NCBI RefSeq assembly: GCF_001194135.2
Contig: NC_068994.1
Coordinates: 15,251,275-15,315,274, forward strand
Source: Octopus bimaculoides
Taxonomy: Eukaryota
Reading direction: 5' to 3'
Length of the DNA stretch: 64,000 bases
The position numbers and the translations under genes are program-made. Positions within the stretch are counted from its first letter, which is position 1, and each line of letters begins with the position of its first letter. Under the pieces are notes generated by a model. That model was not told the origin of the DNA, did no database searches, and was given only the letters and a program-made list of their open reading frames with translations. Of this stretch, positions 62,066-64,000 are shown in pieces.

Positions 62066-64000
62066 NNNNNNNNNNNNNNNNNNNCCCCCCCCCCACTCTC
62101 TCACATATTACTATTTAAGCTTTGGGCTTAACAACAGTAACAACAACCACTCTTTTTCCGTTTATCGTTTTCACTATATTTTTATCACTGATTTCCCAGA
62201 TTTCCAATTCCCCTGAACTCTCTCGCACATTACTTATCCAGTCATATTTCATTCTTGATGTTTTCAGCTTTCATATTTCTTACATGTCATTCTGAATTTT
62301 ACTTAGGAATAATCTCTCCTCCTTTGCTTGTCTGTGAAGCAAGACATTCCATCTTAGGATTCTCTGAATGATTTCATATGCTATTCCTAGATCTACTGAG
62401 CTACATTGAACAACAGTCATCCCATACCAAGCCATAAGAACTATTACTCTTTAGACAAGCCATAGGATGTGGTTCTGTATCAAGCAACATTTTTTGAGAA
62501 GTGGGCTACGCAAAGCAGGTGTGCCTTCAGAAAACCCCACAAGTCAAAGTTACCCCATAGTTGCTGTATGTGGTTACTCAACCTGCAAGAAATAGCAGCC
62601 AATTCTCTATCGATTGGTACCCTACCATCCAAAACAGAGAAGACCATTCTAAATGATGTAGGCTTCGATAGATTAGAAAATGTTGTCTCAGTTATTTAAG
62701 AAAAAGATGGCATGATCATGGATTGAAAGCCTTTTATCAAAGGTCTGTTTAGCCATAGGCTGCTCTATCAATGATTTCAGATTTCCAATTCCCCTGAACT
62801 TGCTGCGAGAATTTTAATTTTGTCTTTCTCTTGACCTTGCTCACAGCTAAGACTTTTGTAGACATCTGTATGTAGATCAACCCTGTTCCACCCCCTTCCT
62901 CCTCCTCCTCCTTCTCCTCCTTCTCCTCCTCCACCTCATCCCCCCCTCCTCCTCCTCCTCTCCTCCTCCTCCTCCTCCTCCTCCTTCTTTAAATCACCCA
63001 TAATTTAAAAAAGAGATGTGTTGCTCTGTAGTAAAGGTGTTTTCCTGACTATTGTGAGGGCATGTTTTCAATTCCTCGTCTGTGTCGTGCACTGTGTCCT
63101 TGAGAAACCTACTTCATTTCATTTATACTCCAGTCAACTCAACTAGTAATGAATTCTAGCCTTAGTGTTGGTACAATCCTCTCCCCTCTGGCTGTCCACA
63201 TCCTTGATATTTCACTGGGTCTGATGTAGGAGAAACAAAAGGATGCTTATGACTAATTAAGCAGCTAAAGCAATTAGTGAATGCATGTCACATACTAATT
63301 CATACTTGCTTGGTTATGGCTTATGAAGTTCATTATCACAGACAGTATACTGTTAGCAGGTTCTGTTCTTTACTACCCCTAAATCACACAATAATTTTCA
63401 AGCTCTCTGTTCAGAGGCATGCAAGTGTGATATGAGATTTAGGTTTTGGATGATACTAAAATATTCAGTGTGAACTTCTAAATGCTGATGCCTGCAGAGA
63501 AATTGTAAACAGAGATGAGGTTCTGAGAACAACGCTATGGATACTAGCTTATAAATCCATCAGTCTATGATGTATAATGATAGGATTCTTCAGTCTGGCA
63601 CTCACACACAAAGGTATTAATTTTACATTCTCAAATACTTGATTTCATTAATCTCACTTTATTAATCTCAGACTTCTATTTGCTTATATAGTGTTCAATC
63701 TGTAGTGTTCACAGCACTTGCGTATATTCATATATATGTGTTCACATATATGTATATGTATGCCCTACTCTTCGAAACGCCTGTGTTAGAATGGGGGTAG
63801 CTGATGAAGGAAACTGTTCTCTATGTGGCCTGTGTGTGTTCTGTACTCTGGTTATTATTATTTTTTTATCTACGTTTTGTTTGCAATGTCCTGTACCCAG
63901 ATATGCACCTATATACACAGGTAGATGTAGGTATGCACATAGCTGTACGTATATATGCATATACTCATTTACTATTTGTTTTATATATATATATATATAT

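Overview
AT-rich animal genomic DNA with many N gaps (short-read-type scaffold). The repeat families suggest an octopus or other coleoid cephalopod; that is recalled family knowledge, not a database result. The window holds the 3' part of one intron-rich + strand gene that I cannot name. Its phase-consistent exons are 12253-12381, 22183-22316, 37664-37729 and terminal 39767-39844, with a probable alternative last exon at 31333-31443. The encoded C-terminus is a short coiled coil followed by an Ser/Tyr-rich disordered tail. The rest is intron or intergenic DNA packed with tRNA-derived SINEs (three families, called A, B and F here), RTE-clade LINE fragments and their (GAT)n-tailed 3' ends, TTAA-flanked MITEs, a decayed Ty3/Gypsy pol split by a non-autonomous Helitron, a foldback-like element and microsatellites. 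I found no prokaryotic system, CRISPR array or intact transposon ORF. The best leads are RNA-level: alternative C-termini sharing a G(S/T)LPR motif, a UGCAUG cluster, two long intramolecular hairpins, multimerised stem-loops in the RTE 3' UTR, and an exact 88-bp local copy of MITE sequence.
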